64,000 nucleotides of DNA from Squalus acanthias. Taxonomy: Eukaryota. Location: positions 40,486,001 to 40,550,000 of the forward strand of contig CM059441.1 of the NCBI GenBank assembly GCA_030390025.1, in the 5' to 3' direction. Positions within the stretch are counted from its first letter, which is position 1. Each line of letters opens with the position of its first letter. Shown piece by piece: positions 1 through 12,584 of this stretch. The notes beneath the pieces are model-generated. The model was not told the DNA's origin, did no database searches, and worked only from the letters and a program-made list of their open reading frames with translations. The position numbers and the translations under genes are program-made.

Positions 1-169
1 AATTCCTTCATAAATTTAAAAGCCTCTATCAGGTCCTCTCAAGTCTTTCCTTTTCCAGATAAAAGAGCCCAGCCTGTTCAATCGTTCCGGATAGTTGTTG
101 TATCAGTTCTGGTATCATCCTTGTAAATCTTTTTAGCACTTTCTCCCGTGCTGCTCGATCCTTCTGCCT

Positions 170-318
170 GAGTTCCACACTGACATACTTTCCAGAAAGA
201 ATAACTGGATCAGAAGCTGGACCTCCTTCCTATCTCAGGAGGGGCCTAAGCCCATTGTGGTAACCTAACTGCCACACCAGCACATTCAGCACAGTGCAGG
301 AATTGAACCTGAGACCTT
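170..318 (-). mobile_element. LF-SINE-like fragment, interrupted by the element at 319-1323
   Basis: Reverse strand has a B-box-like ggttcaattcc followed by gtgctgaatgtgctggtgtggcagttaggttaccacaatgggc, resembling the other LF-SINE-like copies here. Confidence 0.45.
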
Positions 319-1323
319 GGGGGCGATTTTCGGTGGCTCCTTCAGGAGCTAAAGAGCCTCTGAGGTGGCCAAGATGAGGTTTTGAGCCGAATCGCCGATT
401 TAGCCCGCGTTTAGCGCAAGACGCCATCTTAGTAAAGGAGTTGTAGTGCGCTAGGAATGGCCGCCCGGAGGATTGTCAAGGGGCTGATTGCCACTTAAAT
501 TGCCTGCTAGCGCTCATTAACGAGGCTGCATTGCGCTTGACCTAATGCCCTCTCCTAACAGCGACCAGCTGATTGGGAGTAAACAAGTCGTTGCTGAGGA
601 TTTCCAGCGCTACTTAAAGGTGTATCACCTTTTACTGTTCACTTGCTGCTGGAGGTTTGAAGAGGACTTTAGAAACACATCGGGAGACTTTCTGGGACAG
701 TTTGTCAAAACATCACCAACACTCGAGCAACATTTATTTTGGAAATTCTCTGAGGACTTCACCTAAAAAGAGTGCATGCTGTGCTGCTCTACCTTATTGG
801 CCATCTTATAGGAGTCACCAGGAGAAAGGGAGTGCTGGGTCATCGGTATCTTGCGAGGGGTCTCCCTTGGTCTGCAGGAGGAATGAGGTGAGGACATGAA
901 GCCAGTCAGAGCAGCACCGGCTGCTGCAGGAGAGAGGGACAGGAGGGCGAGGCGGACTCCTTCCCCCCTGCGGGTACAGGACATCCCTCCTCCGCTGGAC
1001 CTCCTCCACCAGGACCTCCAGTGCCGTGTCCGAGAACCTGTGCGCCCTCTCCCTCGGTCCCTGAGCCATCCTGAAACCTGCTGCTGTGTGTCAGCCAGAG
1101 CTCTCCACATCTTCAGTGGAAGTGGGTGCGTGGAGCCCACATATACTGCTCCATGAAAATTGCTTCCAATCAGCACTTGCGTGCATCTCCATTAAGTTCA
1201 AATTATGGTAATCAGCAATTAGGACCAAAACTGTGTGCTAAATCCAGACTTTGAAACAGGCGTGTCTTATTAACACAGCACCCATTTAGTGCCCGTTTTC
1301 ACCCATTCACTAAAATAACCCCC
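319..1323 (-). mobile_element. Non-autonomous PIF/Harbinger-like element with Myb/SANT gene remnant
   Basis: Imperfect TIRs gggggcgattttcggtg ... cactaaaataaccccc. Internal ORF 815-1069 (-) MAQGPRERAHRFSDTALEVLVEEVQRRRDVLYP resembles the Harbinger Myb/SANT DNA-binding protein. Confidence 0.7.
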
Positions 1324-2785
1324 TTCTGTTATTATGCGGATTCAGTTCTGTAGTTAGTACTTTAAGAGTTCTTCCAACCCTTTGCTCTAGAAGGAATCCT
1401 GGATTAGACTTGCCAAAGTGAAATCATATTTCAGTGATGAAGCAGATCAGAGTTGGTCCTTGATAGAGTTTCACTGGCAACGAAAGTTTACGGCCCAAGT
1501 CTGCCACTTATCTGATAGCCGCAGACAGTTTCTAAAAATGGAATTGGGTCACTAGGCTAAAATAGGAAAGGAGAACACAATCAGATGGACAGACGCAGTA
1601 AAGTGTTCACTGATGGCTCCGGTCACTATCGTCAAGGTTAATGTGCAGCGTTGTGGTACCTCTCTCACAGCAAAAAGTGGCAGCTCAGTTCACCCATAAG
1701 GAAGCTTCTGTTACCAGAAACCGCATCATTGCTCACAATCTGACCTCCCGCTCTCTCCTGACTCCTTGCTGGGATAACGGCTCGAAAGAATCGAACACCC
1801 TTCGGTACCTTTTCCAAGTGGACACAATTCACTTGAATCTTGAAAGTAACTGCAGATATCACAGCTGAGCCTTGTTTTATTCTTCTATGTTGAACACTGA
1901 AAATCCACTTCCATCGCTGGATGGCGATCAGGAGTGGGAACTCTGGCTCATTGTCCTTCCTTATTCCAAATTGTTTTATTCCTACCAGCACCACTGGCTG
2001 AGATCACCTAACTCCGCACTGACTTCTCAAAAGCCCATTGTTGTAACGGGTTGCCACAAGGAGAAGGTGCAATGGCAGTCCCTGGCCTTCGCTTTTAAGA
2101 GCCATTATCAAAGCCAGCGGCAACCAGGAAACACGCCCGCTGCTCGCTTCGACAAGCTGAGGAACAACGACTCCCAGTGACCTCTGGTGCAGTCACATAA
2201 ATTTAGGGGCAATCCCCACTCCCCCTTGCGTATATACAAGTACGTCACCTCGCATATTTCTAGTTTTAAAAGAAATTATTTTGCCCCAAAACTTTTCCAT
2301 CACCGCGAGTCCGACTGTCACACCTCCGATATGAAGGCGAGCAGGAAGGCTCGGGTCATCAGGCCTGTGCGGCTGCGGCAGCTTCCCATCTTGTACCACA
2401 GTCCCAATTGGAAGGATCTGTATACAGTGCTATAAGCCGAGTATTAGACTGTGTGGGTTTGAATATCAGTATGCAGGTACTGGATGTACTGCAGTGCACT
2501 GAAACTGTTTTAATAGTTACACATTAAAGCTGGGATTGATTCACTACTGGCCGAAATACCCACCTTGACTTACCAGTTGGGTTTTTGCACAGAGAATGCA
2601 GCTGCTGGTGGATTAAAAGTGCGTTGAGTAAATAGTGAAAATGTGTTTGCTCAGCTGTCGCTGTGGACAACAAACAAGAGAAAACATGGAGGAATGGGGA
2701 TAAGACATTTAAAGAGAGAGAAAGGAGATATAAAGGAAAAGAGCAAAACCTAAAGTGGAAATAGATAGAAAGTAGAAAGAGAGGC

Positions 2786-3036
2786 TTCCCGAATAACTCA
2801 GTGGGTAAAGACTGCTCAATGTGGTATTGAACCAGCAAGGCCGCAGTGCAGGTTCAACCCCGCAGTCTACACTGAGTTAGTTGATGCCAAGCAGTGCGGT
2901 AATAGAGGGGTTACAATTTCTGGTGGAGGCCTTAGGCTAGGGAGAGGGAAGACCCTCCAGGGAGCCAGGGTTCCAGCTCCTGATTCCTATCCATTGGCCT
3001 CTGCTGGAAAGTGTGAATGTTTAGTGAGAACACAAT
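2786..3036 (+). mobile_element. LF-SINE-like element, split by a MITE (resumes ~3741-3790)
   Basis: tRNA-like head (taactcagtgg...ggttcaacccc) and body ctgagttagttgat...ggttacaatt...agccagggttccagctcctgat...ctgctggaaagtg. Confidence 0.6.
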
Positions 3037-3737
3037 GGGCTGGATTTTCATAGGGCCGTGGAGGCAGGTGGAGGGTTAAAATTGCGAAAAGTGGCGGGCG
3101 GACCTGATCCCGCCTCCATTCCGCCTCCACGCAATTTTGATAAAATCGTGTGCAGTGTTCCTGACTCCGTCCCGCCTCCAAGAGGCGGGAGAGGCCATTA
3201 AAGCCCTTAACAAGCCCTAAATTGGCTCTGTAATGCCATTTTGAAACATTTTAGCTAGTTTAACCCTTTTCCGATGTGAAACACGCCAGTGAAACCTGGC
3301 GGGGGCACAAGTTGATAGCTGACTATCAGCTGCAGGTCCACTATTACAATGGAGATGTGATGAAGGTAGTAGTAGTATTAGGTCTGATGCTGCTGCATTG
3401 AATGTCTTCAGAGACTGCCTGGCCTTTGCTGTGAGAGGACCTGGATGCAAAAAAAATTCTCTCTCTCTCTGAGCTGCTGCTCATTTTGCATCCAGGTCCA
3501 CTCACAGCAAAGGCCAGGCAGTCTCTGAAGACCTTCAATGCAGCAGCAATGATGACATCATCAGAGGTGACTTTCAGACTGAAAACACTAATTGGTTCAT
3601 GGATTCCCACATGCTGGAACTCAATTGCCCAATTAGGTGAAAATTGCATCAATCTCCCACATCCAAATGCAGTCAGGTGGATAACACGAAATGCGGATGA
3701 CACGACCCCAACCCGCCCCAGTATCAAAATCCAGCCC
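3037..3737. mobile_element. Harbinger-like MITE with AAT TSD and internal 65-bp inverted repeat
   Basis: aat|gggctggatttt ... aaaatccagccc|aat (12-bp perfect TIR, 3-bp TSD). Arms at 3388-3452 and 3484-3548. Confidence 0.85.
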
Positions 3738-4044
3738 AATGAATTTTGGTTAAACTGCCCCCATGGTTGAATAACCTGATGACCAGCAGAGTGTTCTGCT
3801 AAAGGGTCTGACCTAAAACATTAACCTGTCTTTGAGATGCTGGCTGACCTGTTGGATGTTTATGGACTTTCCTGACAGGGACACTCTCTCTTTAACAAAG
3901 GATCTTGAGAATGAAGCTCTCTCTTTAATATGGGTGCAGAAGAGGATAGTCTCCTGAACAGGGTTCTTGATGGCATGATTCCCTCTTTAACGGTGGGTGC
4001 TGATGCTTTTTTAACAGGGGTTCCTGCAGAAAGATTCCCTCCTG

Positions 4045-5148
4045 AATACAGAAAGAAAAGAAATAACATTTCAGGTCGATGACCTTTTGTCAAAACTGGA
4101 AAAAGTTAAAGATGTAACAGGTTTTGAGCAAGTGCAGGGGCAGGGAAAGTGGAGAGGGGAGGAAAGAAAAAGGGAAGGTCTGCGCTAGGGTGGAAGGCAG
4201 GAGTGATTAACTGACAAAAGGTATGATAGTACAAAGCAAAAGGAGATGGTAATGGGACAAGTAAAGAAACAAAAGATGGGTCTAGAAGAGGGTATAGCAG
4301 AATCAGCGACAGCTGCCATCTGAAAAAATAGGGGCAGAGGTTATAGTCTGAAATTGTTGAACTCAGTGATGAGTCCAAAAGGCTGTAAAGTGCCTCATCG
4401 AAAGATGAGGTGCTGTTCCTCGAACTTAGGTTGAGCTTCATTGGAACAGAATAAGAGGCTGAGGACGGTGAGATCAGAGTGGGAGTGGAGCGGAGAATTA
4501 AAGTGACAGGCAACCAGAAGCTCGGGGTCATGCTTGCGGACTGAACGGAGGTGTTCCGCAAAGCGGTCGCCCAACCTGCATTTGGTCTCCCCAGTGTAGA
4601 GGAGACCGCATCGTGAGCAGCGAATACAGTATACTAAATTGTAAGAAGTACAAGTAAATCGCTGTTTCACCTGGAAGGAGTGTTTGGGGCCCTGGACAGT
4701 GGGAAGGGAGGAGGTAAAAGGGCAGGTGTTGCATCTCCTGTGCTTGCACAGGAAGGTGTGTGGGAAGGGGAGGGGGTGTTGGGGGTGATTGAGGAGTGGA
4801 ACAGGGTGTCGCGGAGGGAGCGGTCCCTTCGGAATGCTGAAAGGGGAAGGGAGGGGAAGATGTGTTTGATGGTGGTATCATGGAAATGGAGGAGGATGAT
4901 CCATTGAAAGTGAAGGCTGGTGGGGTGAAAGGTGAGGACAAGGGGAACCCTATCGTGGTTCTTGAGAGGGAGGGGAAGGGCTGAGAGCAGAAGTGCGGGA
5001 AATGGAAAAGGACACGGTCGAGGACCATGTCAATCACAGTAGAGGGGAATCCTCTTTTGAGGAAAAAGGAAGACATATCGGAAGCACTAGTATGGAAGGA
5101 GGTATCGTCCAAATAAAAGGTGTTGCTATGGGAACCCACATGGGTCCT
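4045..5148 (-). mobile_element. Penelope-like retroelement 3' fragment (GIY-YIG endonuclease)
   Basis: ORF 4395-4670 NLVYCIRCSRCGLLYTGETKCRLGDRFAEHLRSV is a PLE GIY-YIG domain; homologous to the copy at 58259-60976. Confidence 0.85.
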
Positions 5149-6630
5149 AGAGTCATAGAGTCATAGAGCTATACAGCACAGAAAGAGGCCCTTCGGCCCA
5201 TCTGTGTCTGTGCTGGCCGTCAAGACCTATCTATTCTAATCCCATTTTCCAGCACTTGGTCCGTAGCCTTGTATGCTATGGCGTTTCAAGTGCTCATCTA
5301 AATGCTTCTTGAATGTTGCGGGTTCCTGCCTCTACCACCCTTTCAGGCAGTGAGTTCCAGATTCCAACCACCCTCTGGGTGAAAAAGTTTTTCCTCAAAT
5401 CCCCTCTAAACCTCCTGCCCCCTTACCTTGAAACTATGCCCCCTGGTTATTGACCCCTCTACTAAGGGGAAAAGTTCCTTTCTATCTACCCTATCTATGC
5501 CCCTCATCATTTTGTACACCTCAATCAGGTCCCCCCTCAGCCTTCTCTGCGCTAGGGAAAACAACCCCAGCCTGTCCAGTCTCTCCTCATAGCTGAAACG
5601 CTCCAGCCCAGGTAACATCCTGGTGAATCTCCTCTGCACCCTCTCCAATGCAATCACATCTTTCCTATAGTGTGGCGACCAGAACTGCACACAGTATTCC
5701 AGCTGTGGCCTAACTAGTGTTTTGTACAGCTCCATCATAACCTCCCTGCTCTTATATTCTATGCCTCAGCTAATGAAGGCAAGTATCCCATATGCCTTCT
5801 TAACCACCTTATCTACCTGTCCTGCTACCTTCAGGGATCTATGTACATGCACACCAAGGTTCCTCTGTCCTTCCTAGGGTCCTACCATTCATTGTGTATT
5901 CCCTTGCCTTGTTAGTCCTCCCAAAATGCATCACCTCACACTTTTCAGGGTTAAATTCCATTTGCCACTGTTCTGCCCATGTGACCAACCCGTCTATATC
6001 GTCCTGTAGCCTGAGGCTTCCCTCCTCGCTATTTACCACCCCCACCAATTTTCATGTCATCTGTGAACTTACTGATCATACCTCCTACATTCATATCTAA
6101 ATCATTAATGTACACTACAAACAGCAATGGACTCAGCACCGATCCCTGCGGTACACCACTGGACACAGGCTTCCAGTCACAAAAACAACCTTCGACCATC
6201 ACCCTCTGCCTCCTGCCACTAAGCTAATTTTGGATCCAATGTGCCAAATTGCCCTGGATCCCTTCTTATAAGTCTCCCATGCGGGACTTGGTCAAAAACC
6301 TTACTGAAGTCCATGTAGACTACATCAACTGCACTACCCTCATCCACACACCTAGTCACCCCCTCGAAAAATTCAATCAAATTGGTTAGACATGATCTCC
6401 CCCTGACAAAGCCATGCTGACTATCCTTGATTAATCCTTGCCTCTCCAAGTGGAGACTAATTCTGTCCCTCAGAATTTTTCCAATAATTTCCCTACCACT
6501 GATGTTAGGCTCACTGACCTGTAATTCCCTGGTTTTTCCCTACTACCCTTCTTGAATAATGGTACTACGTTAGCTGTCCTCCAGTCCTCTGGCACCTCCC
6601 CTGTGACCAGAGAGGTTCTGAAAATTTGTG
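5149..6630 (-). mobile_element. CR1/HER1-type LINE fragment
   Basis: Fragments QHGFVRGRSCLTNL, FNPEKCEVMHFGR, RPQLEYCVQFWSPHY; (actctatg)n-like 3' tail at ~5150-5170. Confidence 0.9.
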
Positions 6631-6699
6631 TAATTTTCAGTTTTTATTTCAAATTTCCAGCATTTGCAGTATTTTGCTTTAGTGAGGAAAGAAATAAGT

Positions 6700-7130
6700 T
6701 TCACGACCTCAGAACTTCACAAAGCATTTTACAGTCAATGAAGTGCTTTTTGAAGTGAAGTCCCTGTTGTAATGTAGAAAACGCAGCAGCCAATTTGCGC
6801 ATAACAAGGTCCCACAAACAGCAATGTGATAATGACCAGTTAATCTGTCTTAGTGATTATTGGTTGAGGGAAAAATCTTGGCCAGGACACTGGGGATAAC
6901 TCCCCTGCTCTTCTTTGAAATAGTGCCATGGTATCTACCTGAGAGGGCCGATGGGGTCTCAGTATATCATCTCATCTGAAAGGCAGCAACTCTGACAGTG
7001 CTGCGCTCCCTCGGTACTGCCCTGGAGCATCAGCCTGTATTATGAACTCAAGTCTCTGGAGTGGGACTGTGAACCCACAATCTTCTGACTCAGAGGCAGG
7101 ACTGCTACCAATGAGCCATGGCTGACACCT
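6700..7130 (-). mobile_element. tRNA-derived Deu-domain SINE (SacSINE1/AmnSINE1-like)
   Basis: Reverse strand: head ggtgtcagccatggctcattggtagc...gggttc, central ttgctgtttgtgggaccttg..gcgcaaattggctgctgcg, L2-like tail. Confidence 0.75.
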
Positions 7131-7189
7131 TAAGTGTTGCGACAAGGAAATTATCTCTTGATGGTATGGTTCCTCATTTAAATATATGC

Positions 7190-7480
7190 CCAAATAGACA
7201 AGTGAGTTACATCAGCAGTTGACCTCACCCAAGTGGTCAGTATCTATGTGCAAATCTTGACGATAAGTGCCAGTAGGCTATCTATGGAGGACATCTTCAG
7301 TCAGGCTTGACCTTGTCCTCATCCACCATCCGCACATGTGCTCTTTCAGTAGGGGTCACTGCATAACAATCAGGAGTAGCTCTGACTGTAGCGTCACTGC
7401 CACCACCTTGTTTGAGATAAGCTCACACAGCCCAGATCCAGGAGTGAACCGGACCTTCCCAGGCTTTATGGCTCAGAGAC
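7190..7480 (-). mobile_element. LF-SINE-like element, degenerate
   Basis: Reverse complement resembles the copy at 12585-12870 (ctcctgat, ggacaaggtcaagcc, atagcctactggcac, gaccacttggg). Confidence 0.55.
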
Positions 7481-7878
7481 AAACCTCTGAATCATCAGGT
7501 CAACTTGAACAGAAAAGGCCTGTCAAGGAAATAACCAATGAGAATAACTTGATGGGTTTCAAACTTCGGCATCTTAGAATAATAGATAAGTTTGGTGATG
7601 TCATTATTGGAACGTAGGAAGACCATAGGAACAGGAGTAGGCCTTGAGCCTGTTCCGCCATTCAATTGGACCATGGATAATCTGTACCTTTACTCCATTT
7701 ACCTACCTTGGTTCTGCAACCCTTAATACCCTTACCGAACAAAAATTTAGCAATCTCAGTCTTGAAATTTCAATTGACCCCCAGCTTTTTGGGAGGAGAG
7801 TTCCAGATTTCCACTACCTTTTGTATGAAGAAGTGCTTCCTGACATCACCTCTAGTTCTAATTTTAAGGTTATGCCCC

Positions 7879-8093
7879 TGTCATAAATCGCAAGTAACAA
7901 CTCAGGAAGTACTACTGGGTGGCCAGCTGGGGCGCCGTCCAGGGAGTATAAATACTCAGGCATGGGCCCACCTTGGGCAGAGACAATCTGGAAACAGGAA
8001 GCTAGTGACTGCTAACTAGACCGCCATGTTTTGTTACAAGTTGATTAAAGCCTTGCTTTATGTTCAAGTGCGTAGTGAGTCTTTGTTACGTCA
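7879..8093 (+). repeat. 5' LTR
   Basis: tgtcataaatc...gttacgtca; contains TATAAATA and ATTAAA. Confidence 0.95.
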
Positions 8094-8193
8094 ATTTAAT
8101 CAACTTGATATCGTCTCCACGCTTTGGGTGATTCGGAACAACCAGCTGCAACTCGAACCACAGAAGGGAACTTGGGCAAGAAACTGATCCATC

Positions 8194-11100
8194 ATGGAAA
8201 AACTCCTTAGACCCGCTCGTCTCGACCTGGACCCGAATGCACCTGCGGCAGCGAAGGTATGGAAGCATTGGTTTCGTACCTTTAGCAACTTTCTTGAAGA
8301 ATGTGGGGCGGATGTCCCTAATAAGTTACGAATGCTTATCAACTACGTGTCTCCTCATGTGTATGATTATATTGAGGACTGTATAGACTATGACACTGCT
8401 ATCGAAATCTTACAGCAGCTATATGTCAAGTCCCCAAATGAAATCTTTGCTCGACACCTACTGGCCACAACTCGGCAGCAGCCTGGGGAATCACTCGATG
8501 AATTTCTCCAGAAACTTCGCAGGCTCAGCAAGGATTGTAACCTTAAAGCAGTTTCAGCTGAACAGTATCAAGAGGAACTAATCCGCGATTCCTTTATCAA
8601 TGGAATCGCATCCCTTTTATACGTCAGCGCCTGCTGGAAAATAAAACCCTCAATTTACGGGCTGCTTATGACCAGGCGTGTTCCTTGGACTTGGCCAAGA
8701 AAAATGCAGACACTTATCTCCCACCACGTGCACGGGCGGCGGCTATCTCCTTTAATGAGTCTTTCGGTAGGTCTCGGGCGGATGCCCCCACTGATGTTGA
8801 CTCTACTCTAACAGACGATGACCCTACCCTAGAGGCCTTCGCTGATGACGACCCCGCCCTAGCAGCATCCTGGCAATCAGGAAGAAAGTGTTTCTTTTGT
8901 GGAGGGGCGTGCCATCACAGAAAATTTTGTCCGGCTCGTAATGTGACCTGCAATCATTGCAGCAAGAAAGGACACTTTTCCAAGGTATGCCAGTCACTGG
9001 CCTTTGCTAACAAGAAAGGCCGCTCCTCTAAAGTATACCGGTCGAGAGCTCCTGTTAGCTTCACAGCTGCTATCTATGGAGCTGCTCCTCCCCCAAGAAC
9101 TACTGTTAAGGCTACAGTTGCCGAAGGGAAAATTGCCCCTCCTCCCATCACGGCTGTTTTTCCCCAAAGTTTGTCCCATGCAGCCACGAAGGTTTCAGTA
9201 AATGGGCACACTCTAAGCGCGCTAATCGACTCCTGCAGCTCTGACAGCTTCATTAGTAAGCGGGCTGTCAACAGGTTAAAACTGCACATTTATCCCTCGG
9301 ACAGGGAGATTGCAATGGCTCTGACGACTCTGACCACCAATTCTTCTGGCTTCTGTCTGGTCAACCTCATCCTCAACGGCCGCACGTATCTCTCCACCCG
9401 GCTCGGAGTACTCGCAAACTTATGCAGCGATGTGCTTCTGGGACAGGACTTCCAGAAGCAGCACAAGAAGATCACTTTTGAGTTTGGAGGGTCAAGGCCG
9501 GAGCTTACCATTTCTAAGGTGCCGTTTTGTGCACTCTCGGCGGCCTTACTCGGTGAACCCTCCCTGTTTGCCAATCTTCCCCCCCGCTGTAAACCCATAG
9601 CCACCAAATCGCGACGCTTTAGCCAAGATGATCGAGCGTTTATTGAGGCGGAAATCTCTCGCCTTTTAGTCGACGGTATTATCGAGCCATGTTCATCTCC
9701 CTGGCGGGCTCAGGTCGTCATCGTGAGGAATCCCTTAAAACAACATAAACGTCTGTGTATCGATTATTCGCAGACTATTAATCTATATACCGATCTGGAT
9801 GCCTACCCGCTGCCACGCATAGATGACATGGTCAACAACCTTGCCAAATACAAGGTATTCTCGACCTTCGATTTAAAAAGCGCGTACCATCAGGTGCCAC
9901 TGCAAGACTCCGACAAGAAGTATACGGCCTTTGAGGCCAATGGTCGGCTTTTCCAGTTTCGCCGCCTTCCATTCGGGGTCACCAATGGGGTGGCCGTCTT
10001 CCAACGGGCCATGGATGGCCTAGTCCGGCAAGAGAACTTGACGGATACCTTTCCGTATTTAGACAATATCACTATTGCCGGCCATGATCAAAAGGAGCAT
10101 GACGCCAATCTTCAGAGATTTTTTGACGTCGCCACTTGACGTTAAACGAATCCAAATCGGTGAAGTCGGTGCCATCGGTGAACATTCTTGGCTACTGGGT
10201 GGGCAACGGTGTTATTAAACCGGACCCAAAGCGACTTCGTCCACTTCAGGAGCTCCCTCCCCTGACAAACCTCGGCTCTCTTCGTCGGGCACTTGGCATG
10301 TTTGCTTATTACGCAAAATGGATACCACACTTCTCCGATAAAATACAGCCCCTGCTCCATGCGAAGTCTTTTCCATTGGAAGCTACGGCTATTTCTGCCT
10401 TCAACCTCCTCAAACGACAGCTGGAGAAAGCCACGCTTCGCTCCATTGACGAAAATCTTCCTTTTGTGGTCGAATGCGATGCATCGGAGGTGGCGATCTC
10501 CGCTACCTTGAATCAAGGTGGCCGACCCGTGGCATTCCTATCCAGAACCTTGCAGGGTAGCGAGCTCCATTACCCCCCCCGTCGAGAAGGAGGCTACGGC
10601 CATCATCGAGGCTGTACGCCAATGGGGTCATTTTCTTGCTCGGCGTCATTTTACGCTTATAACTGACCAGCGCTCTGTGGCCTTCATGTTGGATAACCGG
10701 AGGCGCACGAAAATCAAAAATAATAAAATTCAACTCTGGAGGATGGAGCTGGCTGCCTTTGGATATACTATCTGTTACCGACCCGGCAAACAGAACGTGG
10801 CCCCAGATACCTTCACACGGGCATTTTGCTCCTCAATGTCAACGTCGACTCTGGCGGATTTGCATATGGACTTATGCCATCCTGGTGTGACCCGCATGTT
10901 GCACTTTGTGCGCTCCAAAAATCTACCATTTTCAACCGAGGACGTAAAGAAAACATGCTCCTCCTGTAGGATTTGTGCAGAATTGAAACCACAATTCTTT
11001 CGCCCATCAGATGGCTTACTCATACATGCAATGCAGCCTATGCAGAGGCTCAGCATAGACTTTAAAGGGCCATTGCCTTCGTCGACAAGGAACACCTACC

Positions 11101-12113
11101 TACTTACGATGGTGGACGAGTATTCACGCTTTCCCTTCGCCTTCCCCTGCCCTAATATGCTTACCTCTACGGTAATTAAATGCCTCGATCAGGTCTTTTC
11201 CCTTTGCGGGACGGCCAATTTTATCCACACTGATCGGGGTCCCTCCTTTATGTCGAGTGAACTTAAAAGTTATCTCTCCCAACGGGGAATCGCCTCAAGT
11301 AGGACGACACCATATCACCCAATCGGTAACGGACAGGTTGAACGATACAATGCCATCATCTGGAACGCTGTCCGTCTGGCACTAAGGTCACGCAACCTGC
11401 CGGACCAGCAGTGGGAAACGGTGCTCCCCGACGCGTTACACTCTATCAGGTCTCTTCTCTCCACATCTACTAATGTCACACCTCATGAGCGATTCTTCAA
11501 ATTCCGGCGTCGCTCTACACATGGGACGTCTCTACCGTCATGGTTGGTGGCTCCAGGCCCGGTACTACTCCGGAGGTTCGTCCGGTCTGCCAAAAACGAC
11601 CCTCTCGTTGACGAGGTGGAGTTAACGGAGGTAAACCCCACGTATGCACACGTACGGTACCCTGATGGCCGGGAGACCACCGTCTCGCTCCGAGATCTGG
11701 CTCCCTGCCCAACCGGTCACACGGGCCCGAATAATGAAGGATCCCCCGACAATGATATCAACACTCCGCACCCCTATGAAAATGACGCCCCGCCTGGGAC
11801 ATCGGGGATCTGCCGGCAACGCTACCGGATCAACTCAGGGAGCTGGACGCTCCCCGTAGGATGGCCACCCGAAACCAGGACGCCGGACAATCTCCAGCCA
11901 CGACCCGGGATGAGGCCAGCTCAGCACCTGTGGGGACCCGCACCCGGAGTCATGATATTCCCAGTCCTCCACAGGATGATCAGGATGATGCGGACTCTAC
12001 TGACTTACCGGTACGGGCCAAGCGACCCAGGGACCAGGACACGGTCCGGGGAGACGTGCCTTCCAGTCACAAGCAGAGAGCTAAACGTCTGCGGCTATTT
12101 CTGGTCCGCCTAG
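8194..12113 (+). pseudogene. Gypsy gag-pol polyprotein, broken by frameshifts (~8620, ~10137, ~10571)
   Basis: Gag with two Cys/His knuckles (CFFCGGACHHRKFC, CNHCSKKGHFSKVC); protease ALIDSCS; RT DLKSAYHQ...LPFG...YLDN; RNase H CDASEVAI; integrase HxxxxHP..CxxC, IDFKGP, HTDRG, GQVERYN. No chromodomain seen. Confidence 0.92.
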
Positions 12114-12159
12114 TCCGTTAAAGGAAGACTGGACTTCCAAACCTTTTAGGGAGGAAGAA

Positions 12160-12374
12160 TGTCATAAATCGCAAGTAACAACTCAGGAAGTACTACTGGG
12201 TGGCCAGCTGGGGCGCCGTCCAGGGAGTATAAATACTCCGGCATGGGCCCACCTTGGGCAGAGACAATCTGGAAACAGGAAGCTAGTGACTGCTAACTAG
12301 ACTTCCATGTTTTGTTACAAGTTGATTAAAGCCTTGCTTTATGTTCAAGTGCGTAGTGAGTCTTTATTACGTCA
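12160..12374 (+). repeat. 3' LTR
   Basis: Direct repeat of 7879-8093, followed by TSD gcccc. Confidence 0.95.
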
Positions 12375-12584
12375 GCCCCCTTGTTCTGAACTCCCAACTA
12401 TAAATGTTGAATCCTAAAAGAACTCAACCTGTGGCAATAAAATGCTTTACTGTGGCATTTCAATGAAAGAGTGGGGAAGGAGAAGAGGTGGGCATCACGA
12501 CACATGCAAGCGACGTCAGGACGCCTTAAGTTGCGTATTGATAAATAAACCAAGAGGAAAGGTTTGTCAATAGGAAGCGGTTAA

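Larger units (their letters stand above)
7879..12374 (+). mobile_element. Full-length Ty3/Gypsy LTR retrotransposon (4.5 kb), inserted in a CR1 3' fragment
   Basis: 215-bp TG...CA LTRs (7879-8093, 12160-12374) differing at 4 positions; 5-bp TSD GCCCC; PPT agggaggaagaa at 12148-12159; domain order gag-PR-RT-RH-IN. Confidence 0.97.

Noticed and set aside
1330-2780. Short ORFs in apparently unique sequence
   Set aside because: No recognisable domain, mostly non-ATG starts, and no convincing exon structure.
3217-3770. Two ORFs starting with the same peptide MHPGPLTAKARQSLKTFNAAA on opposite strands
   Set aside because: A by-product of the 65-bp inverted repeat; no coding evidence.
7879-12374. 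APOBEC-type G-to-A hypermutation of the LTR element next to APOBEC2
   Set aside because: The four LTR differences show no consistent G-to-A pattern, ORF damage is mainly frameshifts, and APOBEC2 has no established retroelement-editing activity.
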